A DNA stretch of 32,000 bases from Wallemia ichthyophaga EXF-994 (taxonomy: Eukaryota > Fungi > Basidiomycota). The DNA lies in contig NW_008806275.1 of assembly GCF_000400465.1 (NCBI RefSeq), positions 618,156 through 650,155 of the forward strand, given 5' to 3'. The position numbers and the translations under genes are program-made. Below are positions 1-10,602 of the stretch, piece by piece. Under the pieces are notes generated by a model that had not been told where the DNA came from, made no database searches, and saw only the letters and a list, made by a program, of their open reading frames with translations. Position 1 is the first letter of the stretch, and every line of letters starts with the position of its first letter.

Positions 1-648
1 CTAGCACATCCTGTGAATAGAGGCTATTTGCCAATGTCGCAGCTTGGCAAGTATCGCTAATAAAGAGCATTTTGTTGTATCTCTTCTTAAGTCTCATCTG
101 TTCAACTGCATCTGCAATATCCTGGCTATTTAGCTCCTCTGTGTCCTGGAACTTGAGAAACTCATCTCCACCATGTCCGGTGAGATAGAGAAGAACATTT
201 GAGTTTTCGTCACTTAGAAGCCGTTTACTCGATGGTGTGTGCTCCTCGTGTCTTCCTGTTAGCACACGAAGGAAATTCTCCACTGTCACTTCGTATCCCC
301 GGTAATCAACCTCGACACGCTCGCCATAGAGATCCATTCTGTGATCTTTGTGCGCGTACACAGACCCCGGGTAGCGGTTGCGCGCATTGCAGCTGATGTC
401 ATCTGGCAGCATGAGGATTATGTTGCTGTCTGGGATCCCGAGTCGACGGATAGCACGGTACCTGGAGAGTGAGTGTGAGTGTGTGTGCGTTACTGCGTTA
501 CTACTGCTCACATTCCCAGTGCATTAGCTAAGTGTCTGTAATTGAACCAATATCTAGACGCGGATACGAGTATGGCCCAATTATTCGTATGTCCATCGCT
601 GTTCCCGCTGACGAGGCAGGCTAGAAGCAGGAATAAGAGTGGAAACAT
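1..648 (-). CDS. GPI8: GPI-anchor transamidase catalytic subunit (peptidase C13, PIG-K), 5' part; runs off the window start
   Basis: Manual translation of the minus strand: ATG at 648, [15 protein letters not shown] signal peptide, [24 protein letters not shown] intron 462-511, then [21 protein letters not shown]...[14 protein letters not shown]...ISDTCQAAT with the catalytic His (GHG) and Cys (DTCQ). Not shown in the ORF track. Confidence 0.95.
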
Positions 649-722
649 CACCACGCATTTCAGACCTGACAGCACCCTCATCGCCGTCGCTCACAAAGTC
701 ATTCTCTTGCTCATCCACGGTC

Positions 723-1159
723 ATGTCTTCCGTTACAAGAAATCTCAACGTAGAATTTGGGTGGGTGGTGGTGTGTACTGACGCGCACAACTAACCATGG
801 CTTCTTCTTCAGAGGTGGTCTGGAAATACTCTTCAACCACCAACGCCAAATCAAGCTCGTGGTGAGCGCACAAGGACGCAATCCAACAGTGCGCGACTTG
901 ATCAAGAAGCTGGCAGACGAGCATATCAACGAGCGCAGAGAGTTATTCATAGAGGGTGATACAGTGTGAGTAGGCAGCCGTGACTGCAACAGCATCAGCA
1001 ACAGCGAAAGCGTGCGTTCTAACACATCTTCACACTCGCAGCCGCCCAGGTATTTTGGTTCTAATTAATGACTGCGATTGGGAACTGCGCGATGAGCTCG
1101 ATGGCGAGTTAGAAGATGGTGATGTCGTTGTATTCATATCAACGCTCCATGGTGGCTGA
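723..1159 (+). CDS. URM1: Ubiquitin-related modifier Urm1
   Basis: Three exons (introns 761-812 and 966-1041) give [20 protein letters not shown]...[24 protein letters not shown]...[10 protein letters not shown], with the Urm1 [10 protein letters not shown] motif and C-terminal GG. Confidence 0.95.
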
Positions 1160-1188
1160 ATAGGGCGCTTCTACTCGAATAACTCCAT

Positions 1189-2508
1189 TTACTCGAACAA
1201 ATTGAGCAAAATTGCAATAATAGCATCCACTAGCATCACAATTGCATAGATTACTCCTCCTATACATCCTGTCTTTAATGCCTTCTCAACTCTCTGGTAT
1301 GTACTCAGTTGGGTTTGATTGCTGAGTATGTTTGTGTATATATCTTGAGTCAACTGGGCCACTTTATCCCAACTGTACATCCTGCGCACTGTGAGGTGAT
1401 TGTCTTTTTTGCGTGCATTTCCTTCATGTACAGCCTGCCATTTTAGTGTAGACAGTGCCCTTTCTATAGCATCCACTACACTCACATCGCTCACGTCGTC
1501 GGCATACTCCACCATATGGGGCGGTAGCACTTCGGGGATACCACCCACCTTGGTACTGACGACATAGAGGCCCGTCGACGCAGCTTCTAAAAGGACGATA
1601 CCGAAGCTCTCTGTAAGACTGGTGTTGAGGTATATGTCGCCCCTGCGCATAACTTCCGATACGCAACTCGGTGGAACATTGCCCAGTATCTCCACGCGGT
1701 CTTGCAAGCCGTGTCTTTCAACCATACGTTCGAGCTCTGCCATCAGTGGACCGTCTCCACCGACAATAAAGTGTACATGAGCATAACGAGCGCAGATGAT
1801 GGGAGCCGCCGCGATGAGCAGGTCGACACCTTTTCGGTAAAAGAGGCGTGATATCGTGACGATAGTGATTGTGTGTTTGCTGGTGGAGTGCAAGCGAGGA
1901 ACGAAATGGTCACTGATGATAGCATTCGGTATGACGTGCATGATGTTCTGATCTAGCTGCCCCCTCAACATAGTGTTATCGCGCCCAGACATACTGACAC
2001 AGATAACGGCATCAACATCACAAAGAACAAATCTGAGCAATTTGTTTGTGAGTATCCCAACAACATCCTTGAATCCGAACAGGGAATGATCCGTGAACAC
2101 CGTGCGCACACCGTCGATCCATCTCGCGTGCATGAGAGCCTCGTGGCCCAAACTGGACAAAGCGCCGTGAGAGTGTACAATATCGACACGCTGGGAAATG
2201 ATAATATCCCTGAGCATCTTGTGCGCCGTGAAGAAAGTGGGCAGCGTTGCATTCGTCGTTGGGAGCATCGGTATTGGGAGGTAATAGATGGACAAGCCTG
2301 AGTGAGCAACTGTAACGCCAGTGCTGCCTGGATACTGATGCGTAATAATAATAACTCTCACTCCACGGCGTATAAGGGCGATTGAAAGGTGGTGGATGTG
2401 CAGCTCAATACCGCCAACGCTAGGCAGGTAGAAATCGCTCACCATTCTAAGGGCGTTTGAGTATTTGAAGCTGCGTACACCAAACACTCACGCCACGCAT
2501 ATCCCCAT
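1189..2508 (-). CDS. GPI3: GPI-GlcNAc transferase catalytic subunit (PIG-A/Gpi3/Spt14, GT4 family)
   Basis: ORF 1189-2487 has MVSDFYLPSVGGIELHI, TVFTDHSLFGF, ISRLFYRKGVDLL and SLTESFGIVLLEAAS. The true start is inferred at ATG 2508 via intron 2447-2491 (MGICVAMVSDF). Confidence 0.93.
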
Positions 2509-2531
2509 TCACGCCTTGTGCACATACAGCG

Positions 2532-3004
2532 ATGGTTGCTGGGATCAGCGAGTTGAATCCAAGTGCCGTTGGAGATGTAAGCCATTGGGATATTCCCAGT
2601 AATGCGTGTACAATCGGCGTAGATGAGGCTATCTCTGTAGGTAAGTTGTTTGAGTCGTGTTTGCCTCCTCACCGTTACCGCAGAGGAAAATGGACAGCTT
2701 CGACAACCTCAAGCAGAAAGACATACACTTCAACGACCGATTGCAAGCCTCGCAGCAATTCCACAATCCTCATATCAACCACAGGCTCATCAGCTGGGCC
2801 GGCGTCGACGAGTACTCAACCAACACCCCAGATGGCGCTCTTTATTCCGAGTACAGCACACACACGTCCTCCGCAGCGGCCTTGGAATCCCTCCAGCGCC
2901 AACGCACACACGATAAAGCAGCCTCTGCCAGCAAGCGAGCTAATGTGGATTTCGCCCCAGCTACTTCAGCTACTCCAGCTACTTCTAAATCGCGGAGGCA
3001 GTAG
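2532..3004 (+). CDS. SAP30BP/HCNGP-like protein
   Basis: Exon 2 reads KQKDIHFNDRLQASQQFHNPHINHRLISWAGVDEYSTN, resembling the HCNGP family core (xHFNxxL...NP...L..xGxDE.xTN). Exon 1 starts at ATG 2532 and joins through intron 2637-2683. Confidence 0.7.
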
Positions 3005-3028
3005 AATCATATTCCTATGTCTATATTA

Positions 3029-4174
3029 CTACACATAACCCTCCTCCTCAAGTATCTGCTGGTTGAGTTTCTCGCGCTCTTTCATCCGCATCAGTGTTTC
3101 TGTTTCGTAGGATATCGTTGGTGCGCTGTTTACATTTGGAGGCGCAAATGACATTGAAGAATGCTTCCCCGCCTGCTCAAGCCTCCCGCTCCTCCTCAAC
3201 TCCTGCACACTCTCAGGCTCAACCCCACCCACCCAATCAACTGCCACTCCATCGAGTACCCCTCTCTTGCTACTCTGTACTGCACCAAACGCACCCAATA
3301 TATCGTTGTATTCGACGATGCCTGATGCACTCTTGGGTTTTTTCCCTGACGCTGTGCTTTCTTTCAGTGGGGGGAGTATCACTTGGGAAACAGCTCCAAA
3401 AGTGGACATTGAACCCGCTATAGCGCCTTTATTGGAATCTACCGTGTTTGTAGTCCACGCAGGTCTATCTTTACGCGTCCACTTGATTCTTACCAGTCTC
3501 TCCTGTGAATGTGGCTCTGGCTCTGACTCTGGTCTATGCAGCATGTCTACATCCACATTCAGATTCAGCTTACTTTCTCTTTCTAGATCTTCATTCAGCT
3601 GCTGCGTCTTATCCATCCGCATCCGTTTCCCTTCTTCGCGTATACGCTCCAGCTCAGTCTGTGCGTCTCTCTTCCTGCTCTTCTTCTCGAGCGCAGCCAC
3701 CGCCGCTTCTTTCTCCCTCCTCTCCAACTCTGTCTGCAGATCCTGCCTACGCGAGTCGAATTTCTCGAAACGCTGAGCCTTTGCCTTGTTCGCGGCGGCG
3801 ATGTCTGCCAGCTTCGCTCTCTTTGAGGGATCGAGGAGTATCTCAGCGGCGATGGTCAGTTTGTGAAATTCTTCGGCTATTGAGTGTTTGTTTTGTGTTG
3901 TTAGTGAGGTAATTGATAACAAGCCGTATCAACCAACCTGCAGTAGGATTATCTGGGTTCTTAGCGGAGTTTAGCCGTGTCTATGAAATACTCTAAGCTC
4001 CACTCACTCTATCTGGGTGTACTTTCAAACTTCTTTTTCTCTAACGGCGTGTAAGCCGGAGCATAGAATGAACAACCAACCCACATAAGCCTTGCGCACA
4101 TCGGCCTCGCTAGCACCAGCAGCGACGTCGAGCACCTTCTCTGCGTCCAAGTCCGAGTCTATGCTCATGCTCAT
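3029..4174 (-). CDS. CWC23: DnaJ-domain pre-mRNA splicing factor (Cwc23/Cwf23/DNAJC17-like)
   Basis: The J domain assembles across three introns (about 4041-4084, 3960-4007, 3877-3937): [35 protein letters not shown]...ILLDPSKR. It is followed by the ELERRE coiled coil and a degenerate RRM-like C-terminus. Confidence 0.85.
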
Positions 4175-4203
4175 GCTCTTCGACGTCTTGGTCCAGGACG
4201 CTG

Positions 4204-5574
4204 ATGAGCCAGGTGCTACAAAAGCTACGTCTGCCACTACCGCGCACGATCTCGGAGGCTACCCGCACGACTGGCGCTGGCCACGCACTCAGTCTGCACG
4301 GCTGGATACGCAGTGTGCGCCACCAGAAGAAGTTGTCCTTCGTGCACCTCACCGACGGCCAGGCCGACATCCAAGTTACGCTCTCACCTGAGCTAGCGCG
4401 AGGGCTATCAACGGGCACGAGTGTGCGTGTGGACGGCTCTCTCGCGCACCACCCACGCACACAAACCATCGAAGTGCGCGGCACACACACACACATCTAC
4501 GGCACAGCCCCAGGCGACACTTACCCCATGCAGAAGAAAGAGCATGGCAGCGAACACCTCCGCGATAACGCTCACCTCCGCACTCGCACTAGCCAGATTG
4601 GACATGTCGTCAAACTGCGTCATCATCTGACGCGATGTCTCCTTGAATGGTTTCACGATAATAGCTTCACGCTCGTACAGCCTCCCGTTATCACCAGCAG
4701 CGACTGCGAGGGCGCTGGCGAGGCATTTCAGGTGGTCGCTGGCGCGGGGCGCGGTAACGAGGCTAAAGAGCAGCAGCAGCCAGACTACCACCACCACCAA
4801 CAACCCCCCTTCTTCTCTCACCCTGCTTTCCTCACCGTCAGCACACAGCTCCATCTCGAGGCTGTCGCAGGTGCCTTCGCGCGCGTCTTCTCCCTCTCGC
4901 CTACGTTCAGGGCGGAGCCATCACAGACGAGCAGGCATTTGGCTGAGTTCTGGATGCTCGAGGCCGAGATCAGTTTCGTGGAGAGCGTCGACAGCCTGAC
5001 GAGCGTCGTCGAGCACAGCATCAAGAGTGCGGTCGGTGGGCTGGACCCGTCGCTTGTTAAGAGCGATTCTCTGTATTTGGAAAAGGAATGGGGACAAATC
5101 ACTTACACCGAGGCTGTGCAGCTGCTGCGTGAGCGCCACAGCGTATCTCCCTTCCACCACCCTCCGACGTGGGGTGCTTCCCTCCAAAGCGAACACGAAC
5201 GCTATCTCGCAGAGGAGGTTTGCGAATCCCCTGTCTTCATTACACACTATCCCGCGTCTATAAAACCATTTTACATGCGCGCTAACGATGATGGTCTCAC
5301 TGTAGCTTGCTTTGACTTGCTCGTCCCTGGTATTGGCGAGTTGGCTGGCGGCAGTTTGCGCGAGGAGAGATTGGACGTGTTGGAGCGCAATATTGACCAC
5401 GCTGGTTTAGATAGAGGTACTTACAACTGGTATCTCGATCTCAGACGTTATGGCTCAGTCCCCCACGGTGGCTTTGGTGTCGGCTTCGAACGTCTACTCA
5501 GCGTTATTAGCGGTGTTAGCAATCTGAGAGATGTCGTCTTGTTTCCGAGATGGGCTGGTCGCTGTAACTTTTAG
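4204..5574 (+). CDS. SLM5: Asparaginyl-tRNA synthetase, probably mitochondrial (class IIb)
   Basis: Single exon. OB-fold (GWIRSVRHQKKLSFVHLTDG), LTVSTQLHLE, motif 2 FRAEPSQTSRHLAEFWMLEAE, motif 3 PHGGFGVGFERLL. It lacks the long N-terminal extension of the cytosolic enzyme. Confidence 0.9.
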   Translation: MSQVLQKLRLPLPRTISEATRTTGAGHALSLHGWIRSVRHQKKLSFVHLTDGQADIQVTLSPELARGLSTGTSVRVDGSLAHHPRTQTIEVRGTHTHIYGTAPGDTYPMQKKEHGSEHLRDNAHLRTRTSQIGHVVKLRHHLTRCLLEWFHDNSFTLVQPPVITSSDCEGAGEAFQVVAGAGRGNEAKEQQQPDYHHHQQPPFFSHPAFLTVSTQLHLEAVAGAFARVFSLSPTFRAEPSQTSRHLAEFWMLEAEISFVESVDSLTSVVEHSIKSAVGGLDPSLVKSDSLYLEKEWGQITYTEAVQLLRERHSVSPFHHPPTWGASLQSEHERYLAEEVCESPVFITHYPASIKPFYMRANDDGLTVACFDLLVPGIGELAGGSLREERLDVLERNIDHAGLDRGTYNWYLDLRRYGSVPHGGFGVGFERLLSVISGVSNLRDVVLFPRWAGRCNF

Positions 5575-5640
5575 TATTCTCTTTTTTTCACTCGTATAGA
5601 CTAATTTGCATTGTATTACATTATTGAACCACCATTCTGG

Positions 5641-7289
5641 TTACAACTCGTCGTGTGCGTGTGTGTGTACATGTGTATGCTTGTCGAGGTGCACACTCCC
5701 CATACTCTCGTGACATGCTGCTGGACTACTCACTAGAAACTTGTACGCACATTTCTCCAGCTCCTCTACTTCGATGAGCGCATTACGCTCTCCACACACC
5801 ATCTCTACAACTGTGCTGCGCTCTGGACCATTCCAGCACCGCTGTCCTTTGTTGTAAAGCTGAGTGGAGTAGAAAGCCTCACTGCCCGCCTCCACTTCTT
5901 GATCCTCGTTCCAGCTGTGGAACTTACCTAGGTTTGTACCACCCGACTTGCGATCCTGCTGTCTTTGTGTGGCTCTATCGAAGAAACATAGCTCGTACGT
6001 GTATTCAGCTATGTCTTGCGAGACGCATTCATGCTTCAGTGCAATCCATTCTCCTTGCCGACCCCACCTCAATCCACCCTCAAGCTCGACATACTCCGCC
6101 TGCGTTTTTGCCAGACTTTTGCTTGCTCTGTTAAGTGCGTCAAATTGTTTCTTGTGCTCCTTCTTAGCTTTCTGCAAGTAGACGCCCTCTTCCTGCAGCG
6201 AATGCGAGGGTATAATGCTAAGTTTTACCAGCCATCCAACCAGCGTCTTCTTGAAGGAACGGTAGTGAGCTGAGAGAGGAGGTGGGAGGTACGCCTCGAT
6301 GTTAAACAAGGCTGAATCAACATCTTGCTTCTCGGGCTCATCTAGTGACACCATCAATGCCACCGGATCCTCCTTTTGCACTTTACTGAGCAGCTCAGAT
6401 GACCATGTGTCACTACTCTTGCTGTGGGTATCGACATAGGCGTCATACTCCCTCACAGCAGCCAACACGCCCATATCCTGGTAATTAGGATTGTAACTGT
6501 TTTTCAGCGAGAGGAGAATATCAAGGAGGAGTTGTAAATCATCCTCCACCGCCCGCTTCTCTAACGCCAGTGTCTCCAGTGCGTTTCTGCTATCGAGGAG
6601 ATGTTTGTAGAGAGGGGAGGCGAGTCTGGCATCTAAAGCGTCTTTTGCGAGTGTCTCCAAACGGTCGACTTCGTCTGCGTTGCGTGTGAGCTAAGGCGGG
6701 GCTATATCTAAATACAACACCAAAGCAAGCACCACCCACCCTTGCCGGCCTTTTCCGCGCGCTCCGTTTTCAACAGATTGGCCTGCTTCGCCTGCACACT
6801 ACTGCGCAACTCGCCCAGCACCTCTAGCCCCCTCTCGACGTAGGCGCGTTTAGTAACCAGCGCCCTTTCGCGCACACGCTGCGAATGGGCGTGGTGGACA
6901 GCGCGGCGGTGTGCGCGCTGCGTGCATGTGTTCGCACACACACCCTCTGCTTCGTCGGAACCATCGCAGCACTCCTCCTCGCACAACCCATCGCCTACAC
7001 GCGATAAGTGGATGCGCGATGGCGTATAGTGCTCGTTGTGGCAGTAGAACTGGGGCGTGTGGTGGCGTCCAGAACACGCACTCGTTGAGGGCTCGTCGGT
7101 GCCATCGGGACAGTCGCAGTAGTCGTCGTTCAGTGACGTATACGCTATCGTCGTCGCGTCATTCAGACACTGGAATCTTCCGTTCGTTGGCTGGTAGAGA
7201 TGCGCTAGAGATGGATCTACTCCGCGTATTCTATCACTGCAGGTTACGCTGGCTGCGAGCGTCAACCCCACTATCCAGCTCAACCTCAT
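5641..7289 (-). CDS. GTB1: Glucosidase II beta subunit (PRKCSH/Gtb1)
   Basis: Signal peptide, N-terminal LNDDYCDCPDGTDEPSTSAC module, C-terminal MRH domain (YTYELCFF...CWNGPERST...EELEKCAY) and terminal HDEL. The two ORFs join through an intron at about 6675-6739. Confidence 0.93.
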
Positions 7290-7368
7290 CGTCTACAGTC
7301 AACAAGATTACATAACAGACTTTTTACACTAAACACGCTTTTTTTGGTAAATAAAATAAATTTCTTCT

Positions 7369-8813
7369 TCAGCTCATGTCTGGCGTCGACATGTGCGACA
7401 CTTGGAACGAGGACTGCGAGGGAGATCGCGAGTCATGGGTGTGCGAGTCATTGCCGTGGATTGAGAAAGCCCTCGAAATCTCTGCCATGGCTTCTGGATC
7501 TGGATGGTTGGAATCGTGATGATAGGAATCACCAACAATCCTGTCATTTTGTCTCTTGTTGATGAACTGAAGTCCCTGGCCGTTGTCATTGTTGGCTGCT
7601 TGGGATGTCGCAAAGTCAACCAGACTGGCTAAATGTTGGGAAGATGAGTCGTCATGACTGTTGGTTTCGTTACTAGCAAATTGCAGATCAAACAGACTGG
7701 GTTTGATGTCTAGGTCTATCGAAGAGGGTTCGGTGGCTTGGAAGTGTTGCTGTTGCAGTGCAGCGGCGGCAGCGGCGGCAGCCTGAGCGTCTGCTTCTGA
7801 AGAGGACGTGCCAACGCCGAGGGCTATGAGATGTGAGTTGATGTGAAAATCTCCAAAAAAGCCAGACACAGCCAGTGAAACTCACAATTGTAATCATCAT
7901 TCTTGCTACTCGTCGCCTTCTTCTTGGAGCGCTTCTTAGCTGGACTGTTAGCCGCAACAGTAGTGCTCCTGCGTTTGCCCTGGAAAGGTCGTGGTGGTAT
8001 CGCGGGCTTTCCATCAGTTCTATAGATGGTGATGTTGTGTGGGTCCTCGAGTAAAAGCCTTAGAACGGCGTATAATTGGTGATTTGTCCAGCCACCAATG
8101 GCAGTAGGTGGCAAACCATCAGGCCAGCCGGATATATCGCAGCCATGCGGCTCAAGCCAGATTGAAGGGCTGGCGGTAAAACCATTGGGAAGTCTTCCAT
8201 AGGCTTCTCCAGACGCCTGACCAATCCCAGCTTCAGATATCTTTTGCAAGAGGATTCTAGAGATATGCGACTGCAACACGGCTTGGCCGGTGGTCATTAC
8301 GATACCATGGAATTCATCGAGATACCTCTTATCTTCGTCGACCTCAGACTTATCGCGCAACAAGGCATACTTGCCCTTAGTGGATTTGCTGATTTCGTCA
8401 CGCATCCGAGGAGCGCGGGCTTTACGGGGGGCTCTGCCGTCGTCGTCGATGCCCCTGCTCTTTCTAGGCCTTCCGGGGCCTCTCTTACGCGGGAGATCAT
8501 CGTCCTCCTGGTAGTAATCAGAGTGATCGTCGTCGTTGGAGAGAGAAGGCGGGTTGTTGTTCTGGTGCTGCTGGGCTTGATTGAGAAGGCTGGTGACATG
8601 ATCGTGGTTAAAATCAGTGGTATCAGTGGAGTTGTGGGAGCTGTCGTGAGTGCTGTCGTGTGTTCCATTGACGCCATCCACATGCTGTGACTGTGATTGG
8701 ACAAACTTCAATGCGAGCTCGAGATTTGCATTTGCCTCCTCAGTGTTGATTTGGTTGTCAAGGCTATTAGCGTCGTAATTAAGGAAGCTGTTGCTGTTAT
8801 CGTGATTGTTCAT
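7369..8813 (-). CDS. Hypothetical nuclear protein with an AT-hook-like motif
   Basis: ORF 7824-8813 splices (GTGAGT at about 7890, CATAG at about 7822) into ORF 7369-7869. It contains RKRGPGRPRK, a KKRSKKK basic patch and low-complexity N/H/D/Q/A termini. I recognise no family. Confidence 0.7.
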
Positions 8814-9160
8814 TTTATTTTTATTTTTATTCTAATTAAAAATCAGATATCCTGCTTCCACGGCTGGATCACACGTATGGTTAGTGTCGAAGGAGCATTT
8901 TAAATTTTGCTTTCCGTTGTAGAGGTGGGTGGGTGTTGTCGGTGGTAATGTATCTGCGCTCTACAAAAACACATCTCTCCCACTCCCACTGCTCTACAAA
9001 TCCATTCCTGTGAAATTTAGCACCCCTTATGAGAACCCCACCAATCCATCCGATATTCTCATTTCTGTACTCCTCGTTAGATTCTGTACTTGAATATGTA
9101 ATAAATCTCTCCCCATCTCCAATTCTCGTCATCAGCGTGTTTCTCTGCGTCTCAACCACC

Positions 9161-10552
9161 ATGTCCTCCGAGATAACACCATCGGTTACAACCGCGCAGG
9201 AGTATATCAAACAGCAGGAGCAGCTAGAAGCCGAAGCGAGGGAGCTTCTACCATTCAAAGCTGATCTCTGCACGCAAGACTACGACAAGAACGAGACTGG
9301 CAAGCCTCTCCGCCAGGCCGTATACCTTTGCAAGACGTGTGGATTCGATAAGGGGATCTGCGTGGGCTGTTCAATAATCTGCCATTCAGGTGCGTGACTC
9401 TTCTACGCGTCAGCTCGCCTTCACGCGTCCTTGTCATACTCACATACGCCAGACCATGACATGCTAGAGCTCTTCCCCAAGCGTTCCTTCGTGTGTGACT
9501 GCCCTACCCCGCGATTCGCGCAGGAGTGCAATCTCAAGAAACTCAAGACGACATATGACGCCGCGCCTAATGTGTACAATCACAACTTCCAGCGGCGATT
9601 CTGCGCATGTGATGAGATTTACGAGCCCGAGGAATGCGAGCAGGATATGTACCAGTGCGCTAGCTGCGAGGACTGGTTTCATGAGATATGCCTCAATCTC
9701 AGAGATACACACTCCGAACACAAGACTCATAACGACGATAACGACGATAACGAGGACGCTGGTCCGGCTCTGCGCCTCCCTCGGTCTCAATTCGATACTT
9801 TTGTGTGTTCGGAGTGTGTGCTGACACGCGATTTGGATCTGTTGAGGAGATATGCTGGCACACCGGGATTCGTTCTGCTCGAGACTATGGAAGGGGGTGG
9901 ATCACAGGTGGATGAGAGCAAGACGAGTGATGAGCGCGACACAGGCGACAGCGCAATCCCGCTTAAATTTTCAAACAAAAGGGAGCATTCACAGGAAGCT
10001 ACGCAAGAAGAAAGCGAGGCTAAGCGCGTCAAGATGGATGAGCAGGGAGAGCAAGAAAAACAAGCAGCAATTCCAACACTTGCAACACAACAATGCCACG
10101 CACCCAAACCACAGCACGCGTCTCAACAATTAATAGAAAAACTACGCGCAAATCCACCGCCACGACCACCATCAAAAGCAGCGCGCGCCGACATGTTTCT
10201 GCTGCACGGGTGGCGGGAGAAGTGGTGCAAGTGTGCGAGCTGCTTGAAAGAGCTATCGCAGCATCCGTGGATGATAAGTGAAGAAGCGACGTATGAGCCC
10301 GCGGAAGAGGAGCAGCCTGAGAAAACACTACTGGAGCTAGGCACGGAAGCGCTCAACTCACTCCCACGCGAGAAAGCGCTTGATGGGGTGAAGGCTTATG
10401 AGAAAATGTCTTCCTCTGTCAAAGACTTTCTCAAACCTTTCGCTCAGTCGGGTAGAACCGTTGAGGCGGAGGATGTGAATGGCTTTTTTCAACAGCAGCA
10501 GCAGCAGCAGCAGCAGAATATGAATGGGAATGGGAAGGAGGATGAGCAGTGA
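9161..10552 (+). CDS. UBR7: UBR7/Mlo2-like E3 ligase (UBR-type zinc finger plus PHD finger)
   Basis: TAQEYIKQQEQLEAEARELLPF, RQAVYLCKTC...CVGCSIICHS-DHDMLELFPKRSFVCDC, and PHD FCAC...MYQCASCEDWFHEIC. One intron at about 9390-9452. Confidence 0.92.
10493..10516 (+). repeat. (CAG)8 microsatellite encoding polyQ near the UBR7 C-terminus
   Basis: CAA followed by eight CAG codons, read directly. Confidence 0.9.
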
Positions 10553-10602
10553 ACTAGTGAAAATTGTACTACGAAATATTCTTGTTAAGCACTATCAACA
10601 AC

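Noticed and set aside
199-1025. ORF-track entries 199-396, 542-781, 581-790 and 711-1025
   Set aside because: They are alternative-frame or antisense shadows of GPI8 and URM1, which explain the region once spliced.
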